Positions 13,411 to 24,929 are shown, counted from the first letter of the stretch. The stretch: DNA of 64,000 nucleotides from Hypanus sabinus (GCF_030144855.1 NC_082710.1:161758001-161822000); one strand, 5' to 3'. Numbers and translations: made by a program. The notes: a model not told the origin generated them from the letters alone.

Positions 13411-14167
13411 GTTCAATATTAGACATGAGCACACGATTCAGATTCTGCAGGAAACCATTGACCATCTGCTCACTATCAACCAACTCTCCATCTTGATACA
13501 GCAATGCACCGGTATACTTGCTCCCTCAGAGCCCCAGATTCTGGTGTCCAAATGCTTCGACAGTGCATCTTACATTTTGAGCTCCATCCATCTCTGTTTG
13601 TTGCAGACTTGCCTTTGTCATTTCTCTCTTGACTGGGCAAGCTCTATCCTGGCCTTTACCAAACTGGAACAATAAAACCCTAATTTGCAATATGAAAATC
13701 TTACTGCTGAGTTGTGCCAATTTTCTGATTATCTGGCAAGTTGAAGGGGTGGGGGGACAGCAGATCAGATATTTTGCCGGTGTCAAGTATCATGCTCCAT
13801 GCTGCATTATTCTGCAGAATTCAGGATCCTCGCACAAGAGTGCAGTGGAATGAGGAAGTGTTGCTTGTCCATTACCGACGCAGCCTCTTAGAGTACTGGA
13901 ATGATGAGCTGTCTACCTGGGAAATGCTCACCAACCTCAAAAGCATCATCACTCTGACCCTCCAAATTGACAAATGACACTCCAAGTCATAAGCCAGAAA
14001 CCCAGTTCCATTCACATAACAATTTCAGGCTGCAGGGCCCTCTTATAAGGGTTTACCCCTTAGTAATAATGATCAGTTAGCCACAGAGAGAATCAGTGGT
14101 TCTGACAAATACCTTTATTGGCTCATTTCGCAAGAACATGAATTTATACAACTGAATATCTGTGTGC

Positions 14168-14391
14168 TGTGGTAGACCATGTATATCTGTCTGGACATAC
14201 CTGGACACGCCCCTCTGCTGACTGCTCCTGTGGCTCCTCCCACAGACCCCTGAATAAAGGTGATTGTGTCACTGCACCTCCCACTGTCCAGGGCGGACAT
14301 CCAGCATGGATGTGGATCCATTTTGTTGTTAATAAAAGCCTTTCAGTATTTACTCTACTTCCAGTCTTTTGGAGTAATTGGTAGTGCATCA
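14168..14391 (+). mobile_element. solo LTR with 5-bp target-site duplication
   Basis: TG...CA termini, internal AATAAA, flanked by TGTGC at 14163-14167 and 14392-14396. Confidence 0.8.
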
Positions 14392-14447
14392 TGTGCATAT
14401 CTACTGAATTTCCCTGAGCCTCCACGACGGTCAACGAAAAGAGAAGC

Positions 14448-15540
14448 TGTTACCTGGGAAAGGAGTCTATGCTGGCCAGGTGTTCCTTATGTTCCTGTTT
14501 TAATCTCCACATGTTCATGGGGTACTGCAAAACTGTGATGGTTGGTCTCTGGAGAGTTGCTGCTGCTTTGCAGTCAAAGGTCCTTCCACTGGTCTGGTGC
14601 ATCAAAGGGCTCCTTTCTTTACAGTTCTGTCAGGCTTGTATCCTGCACAGATCACACAATTCTTGACATAGTGCTCCACATTGTCCTTCATCTTTGGCCA
14701 TCAGCACACCTCCTTTATCTTTTCCAGGGTACTTTTGGCCCCTCAGTGTCCCCATAGATCATGGTAGCAGTGGATCATCTGGTTGCTTCCTCCCTCCAGA
14801 AGCACAAACTTTTCTCCATGTAGGACTACTCCATCTTTAACTCCCTTGTACTCTTTATATATTTTTGATCCTGCCTCATCTATTAATTTTAAATTTCTTT
14901 ATCTACCTTCTGGTCCTTGGTTAAATCCATAACCTTAACCTGTTGTTCCTTCTGCTTTCCGATCCTCTCAATCTGTGGCTTCCATTCCTGCCCAATTAAA
15001 GCTCAGCTTTCCTATTCCCCTCAGGGATAATTTAGAGTGGGCTTTCACCTTTGCTCCATATTCTTTTCCTTTTGCCTCTTCAAATATATACCACAATAAA
15101 TCAGCAGACAAGAGGGGCTTCGTGGGGTACTGCAAAACTGTGATGGATGGTCTCTGGAGAGTTGCTGCTGCCTTGCAGTCAAAGGTCCTAACACCTGGGT
15201 CACCTTATTGGCTCTGGTCCAGGGCTACAAACAGCATTGTTCTGGGGCCTTTGCCCTCAGCTGCTTGCCTATTGTTCTTTTCAATTCCAGCTCAAACCAG
15301 TGAAACCAGGTGACCCAGACACCAAGCCTCCAAATGCTCCTTCTGTAAACTGGTCACTTTATTCAACAAATAGCTACTTCTCTGAGAATGGTCTCGGGTT
15401 TAGCAGGTCATTTGCAGAAAGTTCCTTGTGTCCACATTCGATTGTTCTAACTGAATTCACAAAATGGGAGCTGCTAAGACAGTCTCACAAAATGGCTGCC
15501 TCCATTCCCATTCACCGATTGTCATTCTTTCTCGCCAACA
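14448..15540 (-). mobile_element. 3' LTR (~490 bp net) interrupted by a 538-bp pol copy
   Basis: Begins TGTTGG directly after a PPT; CCAAT box near 15205; ATTAAA near 14500; plausible end GGTAACA at 14448. The left boundary is less certain. Confidence 0.6.
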
Positions 15541-15556
15541 GCTCCCTCCCCTTGTT
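15541..15556 (-). other. polypurine tract
   Basis: Reverse complement AACAAGGGGAGGGAGC, directly followed by TGT of the LTR and directly downstream of env. Confidence 0.75.
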
Positions 15557-15566
15557 TCGAAGATAT

Positions 15567-17890
15567 TCATCTTAGGATCATTAACCTCCTCTCCTTATGT
15601 TGACCGCCATGGAACCTCAGTAGGAATGCAATACTTACCTTATATAAATAATGCTGATATTTACTTACTGAATTCACACACTTTATACTGACAATTGTCT
15701 CTGCTGCTTTAGGAAAGTATCCTCCACTAATTTCTTGGATTATTTCTGCCTTCCATATTTTAAATTGATTTACATCAAGCAATACACTTCTCAGGTTACA
15801 TAAAATTAGTATTACAGCTGCATTCAATATATTTCTTACCCATGGAAGTATTTGAACATTTGTTCCCCAATTCCAAAACTTACTCCAAAAGCCTGGGTCA
15901 CTCAATATTTCATTTACTTTACCAGCATGTGTTTTAATTATATCAGTGTATTTAGTCCAATGAAGGATTATCTCCCTTGCTTCCCCCATGACATGTGTCC
16001 AGTCCGCAGTCAAGTGAGGAATTGGTGGCAACTCAGTAGCAACATAGTTCCACAAATATTGATCCATGGCAGTGTGTTGCATCTTCAGATTCTCCTCCAT
16101 TACTGTGTCTCCTGCTCGTGGAGGCAAAGTTCATTCTCAAATGTCAAATCAAAAGTCACTTTCCATTGTTGACATTGTGACTTTCCAAACAGCATTGTTT
16201 CCATTCCTTGGTATAATTTCTGACTGGTGTTGCTATATAATATGTCTGCCCCACCAATGCATATTGTCGGAAGGACTGATTATTCATAGGCAAAATAGAT
16301 AACAAACAACTTTCATAGGTACTGAGACCACAATCTGTAGGTTTCTGTTTTGTTATTTCTTCTGGGCAAGTCCAATGATCTCGCCTTGTTGACATCCTGA
16401 GAAATCTATCCTTTCCCAGTATCATTCATAACAACAGCATGTGTTGGTGGGTTACTGAAGGACATCCAAGTGTTCTGATGATATTTGTCCACATTACAAA
16501 CCCCTTTCAAAGAATAGCTTAATTTGTTTCAATATTGGGGAATGTGGAGCACTACATAGATTATAAAACTTTCTTTTACCATCATCACAGAAACCCAGTA
16601 CTCTATTGGTTATTGCAAAGCTTCTAATGTGGCACAATGACATTTTTCCTTTGATCCATTCTGTTATCTGCTCGACTGATACCCAATTTGTCCCTTGATG
16701 TGCATCAAGTTATAGTAAATTAGTACCAATCATGGCTAGTAACAAACTTCCATGTCTAGTATAAAACTCAATCTTTTGCCTTTCCCTAGAAGTGAGGTCT
16801 ATGCGGTCAGTAATCAGGCTTATTTTATCTTGAATGGGATTCAGAAATTTAACTGCGTCCAGAGTTACCTGGGATACATCTCGACCAATTTTGATTAGTT
16901 TGCACCTGATCTTGATAATCTTCTCCAGTAATATCCCACAATTTTTGCTGAAGGTTCTATATGTGAGTTTTTGATTCTGCTATATCTCGGCTGTTGGCCA
17001 CTGCTACCACTGATGCATAACGTGCTCCCACAAGTACCAATAGTTCTCTCTTCCTTCTATTTTTGACTTGTTTAAACTTGTTTCTGCTTCATTGTCTCCC
17101 AGGATGGTGAGCAAATAATTCTTTCATTGTAGGTGAGCACCCGTCAGGCACCATTATTTCAGTTAGATTAAAAATTGCCTGCATGTGTTGGCATCCCAGA
17201 AGTAAAGTGACACATTCTCCTGTATTCTCTAACACTAATCCTACCCCTCTGTATTACAGTGGGTCTCACTACATTTAGGCTCTGGTGTAGTTTCAGTTAC
17301 TTATGGGTATTGGGTAGTGATTTTCCTCATGGTTTTGAAAACCCAGGAAGGGCCTGGGCCCTGACAGAAATTCTTCCCCCATGTACTATACCCTCCTGTG
17401 GACAGTTTACAACCTTCCAGAAATGCTTGGTGAGTCCACTCCGATCAATATACCTCTTGTCTTGATCACTGCTGTAATCAATATTCACATGAGTGTGATC
17501 CCACAGAACTGTACTCTTACCATGGGCATCATTACCTGAAGGCTGCTCAATAATTGGACCTACGTACCGACTTATGATCACTCCCGCTGGGATACTGGAT
17601 AATGTTATTTCAAAGAAGTGTACCTTTGGACCTTCTGGAATACCTAAGTTTGTCCACGCATGTCAAGCCATCTACCCCAGTATAAGACAAATTTGAGTCC
17701 TCTATTTCTCCTTTGTTAGCCTGCATTGCCAGTATCATTAGAGAAAAATTGTTTTTGATCACCCAGTGTTCTGCAAGCAGTGGCATCACCGTTAACACAT
17801 TTGTCAATAGTAATAGCCATGGGGCAAGATCGACTATGACCCCAGTCATGCTTAATTCTATTGCAACAAAATACATTACTCTCTGCATGT
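15567..17890 (-). pseudogene. env: env: class I fusion glycoprotein remnant, F-like
   Basis: Signal-like 'WLLLLTNVLTVMPLLA'; 'GVGLVLENTG..VPDGC'; furin RRKR at 17047-17058; fusion-peptide-like 'ELLVLVGARYASVVAVANS'; heptad; Cys-rich 'WTCPEE..DCGL..SCL'; 'FWSKFWNWG' then TM-like 'ILNAAVILIL'. Multiple stops and frameshifts. Confidence 0.75.
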
Positions 17891-18199
17891 TGAATTAAAC
17901 CTATAACACAAGGGTAATTTCTGCTCTTATTTCCAGTTTAAATCTTTAATTATTTTACATCCATATTTTTGATTTGCTTTCATAGACCATTTAATCCAGG
18001 TAAGCTCCCAATTGTTTTAGAATTCAAGGCATCCTTTCTACATCATCCAATTTCATTACAGCCAGGAGAGACAAGCATTGGCATTTTTCTTTAACTTTGT
18101 TTTTTTTTGAGAAAACTCCCCTGCTTCTCAGGGATGAGGGAACTGAAAATCTTCCCCTGATTAGGCCTGTCCCCACCTTCTTGGAACAGTTGTTCCATC

Positions 18200-19290
18200 C
18201 TTGTCTCCCAAATCAGGGCCATCATGTACATCAATTGTTATGTGCCAATTTCACCTGCTTGATAAGGTCCCACGCAACTTTATCTGGAGCAGTCAGTACT
18301 TTGTACACTGATAGACTTGCTTTGTCTATAATTTCATGCAACCCCAAGACTTAAAATAAGGTGGGTTGGTGTATTTGAATCATCATCTTTGTCCTGGACT
18401 TAATTCTATGGGACTGACTTTTGAGTCAAAGTGGGCTTTACTCTACAGCTTCTTCTTACTTATTTGATGAGCTGACAAGTAGTTGGCTTCATTCACTGTC
18501 TCTACCACTGTTGTACACACTTTTCTGACACAATCCCATCAATGTTGGATTTTGACAAATCCAATCCTACCAACTCATCCATTCCTCTCATGTCCCTTCT
18601 CATCATGAGTTTACAGGGGATGTAACCTTTTAAAGATGCCACTGTATTCATTAATATTAAGAGTGGAAAGGCAAAACTACCTACTTTGTTTCACCATTTT
18701 GGCATTCGTATTTTTTAGTGTTCAATTCATTTCCCTATTTCCCCAATTCCACAAGACTGTGGCTTATTGAGTATATGAAATTTCTGCTTGATCCCTAAAA
18801 GTTCCATGTCATCCTGCATTACCTGGGCTGTAAAATGTGTCCCTTGATCAAATTGTATACTCCAGGGTAATCACCAGTGAGTGAATACTCTTTCCAATAA
18901 GATGTTTGCAGTGGCCTTTGCTGTGTTTGTCTGAGCTGGGGAAGACCCACCCACTTGGTAAAGGTATCTATTTCAACCAGAATTATTGTACCCTTCTGGG
19001 GTGGAGGGAGGGGTGGGGTAAGAGACCAACATAATCCAACAGCAAATGAGATCGTGGCCCTTCCACTGGTCTGATGCATCAGGGGATCCTTTCTTTACAG
19101 TTCTGTCAGGATTGTGTCGTGCACAGATCACGCAATTCTTGACATAGTGCTCCACGTTGTCCTTCATCTTTGGCCATCAGCACACCTCCTTTATCTTTTC
19201 CAGGGTACTTTTGGCCCCTCAGTGTCCCCATAGATCATGGTAGCAGTGGATCATCTGGTTGCTTCCTCCCTCCAGAAGCACAAACTTTTC
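18200..19290 (-). pseudogene. pol: integrase remnant
   Basis: HHCC 'YHDLWGH*..WWPKM..YVKNCVIC'; 'ILVEIDTFTKW'; 'DQGTHF'; C-terminal 'EIIDKASLSVYKV'. Confidence 0.85.
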
Positions 19291-19443
19291 TCCATGTAGG
19301 ACTACTCCATCTTTAACTCCCTTGTACCCTTTATATATTTTTGATCCTGCCTCATCTATTAATTTTAAATTTCTTTATCTACCTTCTGGTCCTTGGTTAA
19401 ATCCATAACCTTAACCTGTTGTTCCTTCTGCTTTCCGATCCTC

Positions 19444-19902
19444 TCAATCTGTGGCTTCCATTCCTGCCCAATTAAAGCTCAGCTTTTCTATTCCCCTCAG
19501 GAATAACTTAGACTGGGCTTTCACCTTTGACTCGATATTCTGTTCAAATATATACCACAATAAATCAACAAACAAGAGGGGCTTCCTGTCAGCTGAAACA
19601 AACCCTTTGGCTTCCCACAGAGACAAATGTTCTGTAAGGCTATTAAAAACATACAGTCCATCAGTGTGTGTTACTGATCTGGGTGAAAAACATTCTGTGT
19701 GGCGTACCACATCTGCTACAGCTGCCAATTTTGCAGCCCATGCGCTCATGCCGGGTAACTTTAAAGCTATGCTGTACATTTCTAAGCCATCCACGTCCTC
19801 TACATATATCCCACACCCAGTTCTCCTCTCTCCATCCTGTACTGATGAGGGGCCATCTATAAAAATTTTAAAGTATGTTTTTTTTACACTTTGTGTCTTC
19901 AT
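19444..19902 (-). pseudogene. pol: second (retrovirus-type) RNase H
   Basis: 'KIFIDGPSS..GCGIYV..SAWAAKLAAV..HTDGLYVFNSL..LWEAKGF..KP..KVKAQSK'; the catalytic Glu is mutated to Lys. Confidence 0.85.
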
Positions 19903-19989
19903 TCTCAGTCATTAGTTTAACTGATCTGCTTCCACCCTCTCCTCTTTGTTTTGATACAAGTGGACCATCAGGATTATTTGCTATCATAA

Positions 19990-20160
19990 CCTGACACTCA
20001 TGTTCATTCCCTTGGTACACCAGGTTATCGGCTAACGTAGAGGTGATGTTTACTCTCCTTACACTATTATTTCTTGCTTGCCACAGCAATGCCCATCTAG
20101 TAATTCTGTTTTAGCTTACTGAACCACCTTTAATACTTCCAACTAACGGTAATTGTATGG
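19990..20160 (-). pseudogene. pol: C-terminus of first (Ty3-type/tether) RNase H
   Basis: 'GSIKGGSVS..RITRWALLWQ..STLADNLVYQGNEHEC'. Confidence 0.65.
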
Positions 20161-20161
20161 G

Positions 20162-20625
20162 CAAACACAAAGAAATCTGCAGATGCTGGAAATGCAAGTA
20201 ACACACACAAAATGCTGGTGGAACGCAGCAGGCCAGGCAGCATCTATAGGAAGAAGCACTGTCGATGTGTAAGATGATGAGAGGCATTGATCACGTGGAT
20301 AGTCAGAGGCTTTTTCCCGGAGTTGAAATGGTTGCCACAAGAGGACACAGGTTTAAGGTGCTGGGGTGTAGGTACAGAGGAGATGTTTAGGGGTAACTTT
20401 TTTACCCAGAGAGCGGTGAGTGCATGGAACGGGCTGCCAGCTACGGTGGTGTAGGTGGATACGATAGGGTCTTTTAAGAGACCTTTGGATATGTACATGG
20501 AGCTTAGAAAAATAGAGGGCTATAGGTAAGCCTAGTAATTTCTAAGGTAGGGACATGTTCGACATAACTTTGTGGGCCGAAGGGCCTGTATTGTGCTGTA
20601 AGTTTTCTATGTTTTTATGTTTCTA
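20162..20625. mobile_element. PLE tail (minus, 20162-20268) joined to a CR1 3' end (plus, 20269-20625), replacing the RT core of the provirus
   Basis: The PLE tail matches the reverse complement of 62055-62145; the CR1 3' UTR ends in ttttctatgtttttatgtttcta. Confidence 0.75.
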
Positions 20626-20639
20626 AGCGCTCGTGTTTT

Positions 20640-21000
20640 GAGAACCATTTTAACCCTTCCCCTTGAGGCTGGTGAAATATAGATGGGGATCTATGGAACA
20701 CCATGTGTTATGGCAGTCTGTACATACTGGTGTCCCTGAAAGGTAAATGTAAACTTGTGTTGACCCTCTCTTTCTAGTGTGATAGATCAAAATCCATTAT
20801 TTATGTCTAAAACTGTGAACCATTGTGCTCTTTCATTCTGTTTAACCACTATTTCCAGATTAGTTGCTACATTTAGGGCTGTTAATGGAGTTACTTTATT
20901 TAGTTCTCAATAGTCTAATGTCAATCTCCAAATACAATCTGGTTTCCTTACTGGTTAAATGGGTAAGTTATTAGTGGAGGCTGGTGGCATCATTTCAGTA
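20640..21000 (-). pseudogene. pol: reverse transcriptase N-terminal half
   Basis: 'PI*PVRKPDCIWRLTLDY*ELNKVTP', 'WFTVLDINNGF*SI', 'KFTFTFQG', 'SPSIFHQ'; cut just before the expected YxDD. Confidence 0.85.
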
Positions 21001-21479
21001 CACATTGTTGTATCAAACTTCATATTACCTTTCCTACATCTGGACCTTGTGTGGACACACTGCCAGCCATCTTTCCACAGTCATGCCTGTGCCATGCAAA
21101 TGTCCATTAGTTGAGTACAGTGATTTTCTGTACCTTGTGATCTCCTCTGGTTTTATCCAAGTTTCACCCATTGTGCATATTCCATTCTGATATTCTCCTA
21201 CTGGGATCTGTACGTGGTGTATGTTATTGATGCCAGTTGGCATCTGTCAAATTGTACAATCAACTAGGTCAAAATAAGGCCCCTCCTTGGCCATGTAATA
21301 TATATATACTCTATGTAATATATATGTAATATATATATACCCCAATATATACTCTTGCTACCTGGGTAATTCCACTAACATTATTCAATGTTCCCATGCT
21401 GCGTTTCCTATTTTCTAATTGACAATGGTACACTCGCTGTGAATCCACTTCAGCTAATTTTCACTTGTATCTTATGATT

Positions 21480-21590
21480 TGTGTTATTTACAGTTGATGG
21501 TGATTTGGGATTGTCCAGTGTCCCATAAAAAAGGTAACAGGGTGGCCTTTGACCCTACCACTCACTAGAGGTCTTCCAGTTTCATTCCAC
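21480..21590 (-). pseudogene. pol: aspartic protease remnant
   Basis: 'WNETGRPLVSGRVKGHPVTF/LWDTGQSQITI' with a 1-nt frameshift in a T run. Confidence 0.75.
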
Positions 21591-22836
21591 TTGAATCACA
21601 CACCCATGTTCATGTCGTTGAAGCTCCAGGTGCAGTACCCCGGATGGTGCTCTTTCCACCATATTATTTTGTGGGCTTTTCCCTTCCGGGGCAAACCACC
21701 TTGCTCTGCTCTCTCTCTTTATTTCTCCGTCTTGACCAAAGTTACAGCATTTAAATACTCCACCTTCAGTTCCCCCTGTTCCATTTCCTCTGCCCTTCCT
21801 TACCACTTGATCATGTGGCAGGAAGGCCATTGGGGTGTGTCACCTACCCTCATTTCTTGAGATAGTTCTATCTCCTTTTCCTACGCTCTATTCATTTTCC
21901 TCAGTACCCATTATGTGTAGGTTCAGTGGGCTCAAATATTTCCAATATTTGTTGAATATTTTGTCCAATATTGAATTTTTAGATTCATAATTACAGTGTG
22001 ACAGCAATATCCTTAACCATCTATTCGTGGGCTCTGCTCCTAAATGGTCTTGATCTAATTGCGTTCCATAGACCACATGGAACACCATCCATAAACAGGG
22101 TGCAAATACAGTGGATGTTCCCTGTCTTTAGATAACATTTAGCTAGATCGTCCACCGGGTCCCCTCTGTTAACACCCGTAACAACTCAGTCAAATTTGCA
22201 TTCCTTTAATTCCTCACTTGTTCCACTTGTTGCACGGTCTCCATTTGGTATTATACTGGTCGGCATTCCTCAGGATTCAGCACTTCATCATAGTCATAAC
22301 TGTATCCAGTCACTTCATCTGCTAAATGACCCCAATCTATGTCTGCATATTTACCTTCCTCCCCTCTTTCAGCTCCAAAAGCAGATATTATTCCTGTCTG
22401 TGCAGCAAGCTGGTCCTGCAGTTTTTGTATCTGCTTTAAACACATTGCATGATCCCCAGTGTTACTCTTCCTTTTACGTGCTGATTTCTGAATCACATTT
22501 ATTGCCATTTTTAAATCGCTACACTCTTTCCTTAACCCTTCCACTTCATTCTGAGCTCATTCAGCTGCATCTTCTTGTTAACTCCTTTCTGTAACCAGTT
22601 TCTCACAGTTCAACTGAAACAGGTTCATATGCATCAAGTCCATACTTCTCTGTTCCTGTAAATCAGTAACCTTTTCTTTCAGGGCTTCAACATTTGTTTT
22701 CCTCTTTTAATCTATTCCATTCTACTTTAATTTCTCACCAATATTCTAGTATTTCCTGTTGTAATCTACCTCACTCGGCTTCAGCTTTTTTCTGACATTC
22801 TGGATTTTCCTTTTCTGATGTGTGTAATTCTGATTT
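21582..22836 (-). pseudogene. gag: gag remnant (coiled coil plus degenerate zinc knuckle)
   Basis: Coiled-coil-like 'CLKQIQKLQDQL'; 'FKCCNFGQDGEIKRES', a decayed CX2CX4HX4C, directly upstream of PR. Confidence 0.65.
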
Positions 22837-24925
22837 CTCTTCTGCTTCTTCAGCTGTCCATTGATTTCAATGTTGACTGTGCTGAGATTTTAGTCTCAGA
22901 AGGCATGTTTATGGGCCACAGGACCAGCATTGGATCGACACTGTCTCCCATATCAGATGCATTTGTGATTTGACTGGTCTAGCACAGAATGTCTGTGTTC
23001 ATGACCTGCTTCATATTTCCTCTGCATTTTCTCCTCGATAGCTGGGATTGACTTCTTGACAATGCAGCACCAACTTCTTCTGTTCAAAGCATCTTTCTCC
23101 CAGGAGTTAACATTCATGTCAGTGTTCTTCATATGGTGCTTGAGCACATCTTTGTAGCGCAGCTTCTGACCACCATGCTTCCTCTTTCCTTCATGTAGCT
23201 CGCCATAGAAAACAGCTTTGGGTAAACGATCATCACTCATTCTTGTGACATGACCAGTCCAACGCAGTGATTCTGCACTGACTGTACCAGCACATTTGAG
23301 CACCTCCACATCTGTACCCTCTCTTGCCATTCGATGTGTGGTATTTGGTGTAAAAGCCTGTGTTGTGTCTTGGTCAATTTCTTGATACAATGTCATCATT
23401 TCAGTTGAATAAAGAAGAGATGGTAAAGCAGCTGTGTTATACACCTTGACCTTGGTTGCCATTTTAATGTTGTGGCGAGACCAAAGTCGCTGCTGCAAAG
23501 CACCAGATACTTTTGTTGCTGATTGAATTCTCCTCTCAACTTCCAGATCTGATGAGTTGGTGTTGGTCACAGCGCTTCCTAAGTATGTGAGTGAGTCAGA
23601 ACATTTCAGCGCTACCCCATTGACCGATATGACTGGTGGTTGGGTCTCACTGGGACTACACAGAGGAGGCTGGTACAGAAGTTCAGTTTTGCAGACATTG
23701 ACACATATGCCAAAAAGAGTGGCAGCAAACGAGAAGTGGTCTACAATTTCCTGAATCACATTAACATCAGTAGCAACCAGGGCTGAACTGCCTGCATACA
23801 GAAGCTCTCTGACACATCTCTCTCTTGATTAGGTTGAGGCTTTGAGTCTTGACAGGTTGAACAATTTTCCATCTGAGTGAATCCTGATGTACACATCTTT
23901 GTCCAAATTATGGTCCATTATATCCCAAACTGTAATAAAATATGGTGTGAACAAGGTTGGAGCAAGAACGCATCCCTGTTTTACCCTGGGGTTGATGGTG
24001 AAGGCTTCACTGACATCTCCTCTGATAGATACTTTGCCAGACATGTTCTCATGAAACAACTTGATCATCGTAACCAGCCTATATGGACAGCCATATGTTT
24101 TGAGCACTACCCAGAGTGTTTCTCTGTCCACCGTATCAAACGTTTCTGAGAAATCAGCAAAGATTTCCATCTGCAGTTTTTACTGGGGCCACTGTATTGC
24201 TTCTTGGACCATAGATAGCTTTTAGTCCTGAGAAGAGCCCATGGTAGTCATTCCTGTCTGACATTGCTTGCAGTTCTTCCGCTTTCTTATTCCACCAGTT
24301 GTTCTTCATAGCCATGATCTCCCTTTGAACTTTGGCTTTCACGGCCTTAAATGCTGCTTTGCTTCTTTCAGAGTTATTTTTCAAGTGATACATATAAAGC
24401 CTTTGATTCATCTCCAACAGTTCTTGAATTGAATCATTTTGTTCTTGAAACCAGTCAGGAGTTTTTCTCTTAGGGTGGCCGAGCACTGCACTTGCAGTTG
24501 AATGGATGGTTTTCTTGAGCTGCTTCCAGCATTCTTCAATATTTGTCATTGGCAAATTTGGTAAAGGCAAAAAGAACACTAATGGTGACCTTATGCTAAA
24601 CTTTTGCCCTCAGAGGGAATTGTGTGTTACCAACACTTTCTTTAGTCAATCCAAGAAGAACAACTTCGCCTGGGTGCACCCAAGGTCAAAGCATCTCAAT
24701 TTGCTTGACTACGTTGTGACTCACAGAGCAGATATGCCGGAGGTTCTATCTACAAAAGCAAGGCATGGAGCAGAGAGCTCATCTGATCATTACATGGTAC
24801 GATCACAGCTTAGACTTAAACTGCTGCTATCAAGGCAAAAAACACCCAGGGAAGAACCCAAGAAATTGGATGTCAATAAGTTGGCCAGTGAGGAAGATCA
24901 GAGGAGACTTGTCACAGCATTGGCG
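22837..24925 (-). mobile_element. RTE-clade LINE with inverted 5' segment
   Basis: Minus-strand ORF2 pieces (22953-24545: 'FADFSETFDTVDRE', 'GVKQGCVLAP', 'LRWTGHVTRMSDDRLPKAVFYGEL') and a GAA-rich tail; plus-strand EN piece ~24541-24925 ('VIGKFG..NG..FC', 'LDYVV', 'SDHY'). Confidence 0.85.
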
Positions 24926-24929
24926 TTAT

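Larger units (their letters stand above)
14448..22836 (-). mobile_element. decayed env-bearing provirus, lokiretrovirus-like (gag-PR-RT-RH-RH-IN-env-PPT-3'LTR); 5' end lost
   Basis: Ordered minus-strand remnants of all domains listed below; interrupted by a PLE/CR1 insertion at ~20160-20625 and truncated by an RTE at ~22837. Confidence 0.8.

Noticed and set aside
17327-17640. SET/PR-domain resemblance ('IPAGVIISRYVGPII', 'YID...WKVVNC')
   Set aside because: Only superficial motif similarity, with wrong spacing and no NHxC or ELxxDY motif; cannot be supported without a profile search.
21296-21345. TA-rich microsatellite inside the provirus
   Set aside because: Simple slippage expansion with no sign of function.
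14448-22836. Assignment as a gamma/epsilon-type ERV or a plain Ty3/gypsy
   Set aside because: Env shows no ISD or CX6CC motif and has an F-like layout; the second RNase H argues against a plain gypsy. A phylogeny is still needed.
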